Below, piece after piece: positions 37,721 to 39,243 of a stretch of DNA of 39,243 bases; position 1 is the stretch's first letter; every line of letters begins with the position of its first letter. A program made the position numbers and the translations under genes. Source of the stretch: Octopus bimaculoides (lineage: Eukaryota); the NCBI RefSeq assembly GCF_001194135.2, contig NC_069000.1, forward strand, positions 18,265,159 through 18,304,401, read 5' to 3'. Below the pieces are notes generated by a model. That model did no database searches. It was not told the DNA's origin and saw nothing but the letters and a program-made list of their open reading frames with translations.

Positions 37721-38916
37721 CGTGTGTATGTGTATATANNNNNNNNNNNNNNNNNNNNNNNNNNNNNNNNNNNNNNNNNNNNNNNNNNNNNNNNNNNNNN
37801 NNNNNNNNNNNNNNNNNNNNNNNNNNNNNNNNNNNNNNNNNNNNNNNNNNNNNNNNNNNNNNNNNNNNNNNNNNNNNNNNNNNNNNNNNNNNNNNNNNNN
37901 NNNNNNNNNNNNNNNNNNNNNNNNNNNNNNNNNNNNNNNNNNNNNNNNNNNNNNNNNNNNNNNNNNNNNNNNNNNNNNNNNNNNNNNNNNNNNNNNNNNN
38001 NNNNNNNNNNNNNNNNNNNNNNNNNNNNNNNNNNNNNNNNNNNNNNNNNNNNNNNNNNNNNNNNNNNNNNNNNNNNNNNNNNNNNNNNNNNNNNNNNNNN
38101 NNNNNNNNNNNNNNNNNNNNNNNNNNNNNNNNNNNNNNNNNNNNNNNNNNNNNNNNNNNNNNNNNNNNNNNNNNNNNNNNNNNNNNNNNNNNNNNNNNNN
38201 NNNNNNNNNNNNNNNNNNNNNNNNNNNNNNNNNNNNNNNNNNNNNNNNNNNNNNNNNNNNNNNNNNNNNNNNNNNNNNNNNNNNNNNNNNNNNNNNNNNN
38301 NNNNNNNNNNNNNNNNNNNNNNNNNNNNNNNNNNNNNNNNNNNNNNNNNNNNNNNNNNNNNNNNNNNNNNNNNNNNNNNNNNNNNNNNNNNNNNNNNNNN
38401 NNNNNNNNNNNNNNNNNNTATATATATATATATGTATATATATATGTATAGATACGTAAATATACATTTATATATAGGTAGGTAGATACATATAAATATA
38501 TATTCAAAGTGCTGACTGACCACTGCTCAAGTTTTATGTTTTTATACCAACAAAATTTGAGTAACAAGTCTCCCAGTCTCAGCTTTGAATATATATTATC
38601 CTACTTCCTCATATTGATTACTTTTTATGTTTAATTACCTTCACACCTGTATGCAACCATTCATAATCACACACACACATATACTTATGCATATTTATAT
38701 ATGTTTATGTTGGTATGTATTTTTTTATATTGACTTCTATTGTCTTGTTAGAGCCTGATGTGTGTTGAAGATTCAGTTTGTTATTGTCACCAATGACTAA
38801 CAGGATCTGTTGTCACCAACCCACTAACTTGTCATCACCAATGACTAAGCAAATCACTTATCAATAATGACTAACTGCTATTTCCACATATGCTTTGTCA
38901 ATCCAATACACATGAC

Positions 38917-39243
38917 TATATATGTATGTAAATATGTGTGTATATCTAAATATATGTATGTAAATATGTGTGTATATCTAAATATATGTATGTAAATATG
39001 TGTGTATATCTAAATGTATGTATGTAAATATGTGTGTATATCTAAATATATGTAAATATGTGTGTATACCTAAATATATGTATGTAAATATGTGTGTATA
39101 CCTAAATATATGTATGTAAATGTGTGTATACCTAAATATATGTATGTAAATGTGTGTATATCTAAATGTATGTATGTAAATATGTGTGTATATCTAAATG
39201 TATGTATGTAAATATGTGTGTATATCTAAATATATGTAAATAT
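38917..39243. repeat. 32-bp minisatellite ATATATGTATGTAAATATGTGTGTATATCTAA, about 10 units, running off the window
   Basis: Directly visible periodicity, with occasional 28- and 30-bp variants. Confidence 0.92.

Overview
This is AT-rich, repeat-dense animal genomic DNA with five N gaps (17317-17703, 23282-23793, 26385-26596, 30124-30203, 37739-38418). The SINE families and microsatellite load suggest an octopod cephalopod, probably Octopus (inference). One + strand gene spans the window: the C-terminal ~730 codons of the HEAT-repeat protein MROH1 (maestro heat-like repeat family member 1, HEATR7A). I reconstructed 17 coding exons by hand (427-33072). All have GT-AG boundaries and consistent phases. 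Most are absent from the ORF track. One internal exon (expected between 20321 and 24486) and the terminal exon are not visible. The introns hold tRNA-type SINEs, RTE, L1/Tx1, CR1 and R4-like LINE remnants, Tc1/mariner and piggyBac-type MITEs, a solo LTR and minisatellites. I found no prokaryote-style novel system. The most notable observations are: a U12-type (minor spliceosome) intron at 507-1413; a 188-bp-arm intronic hairpin; a 38-bp tandem array built from an exon end plus its splice donor; a three-level nested transposon; an inverted young SINE pair bracketing two exons that are in-frame together; and a candidate 15-nt microexon. All protein and repeat assignments come from recalled similarity, not database searches.
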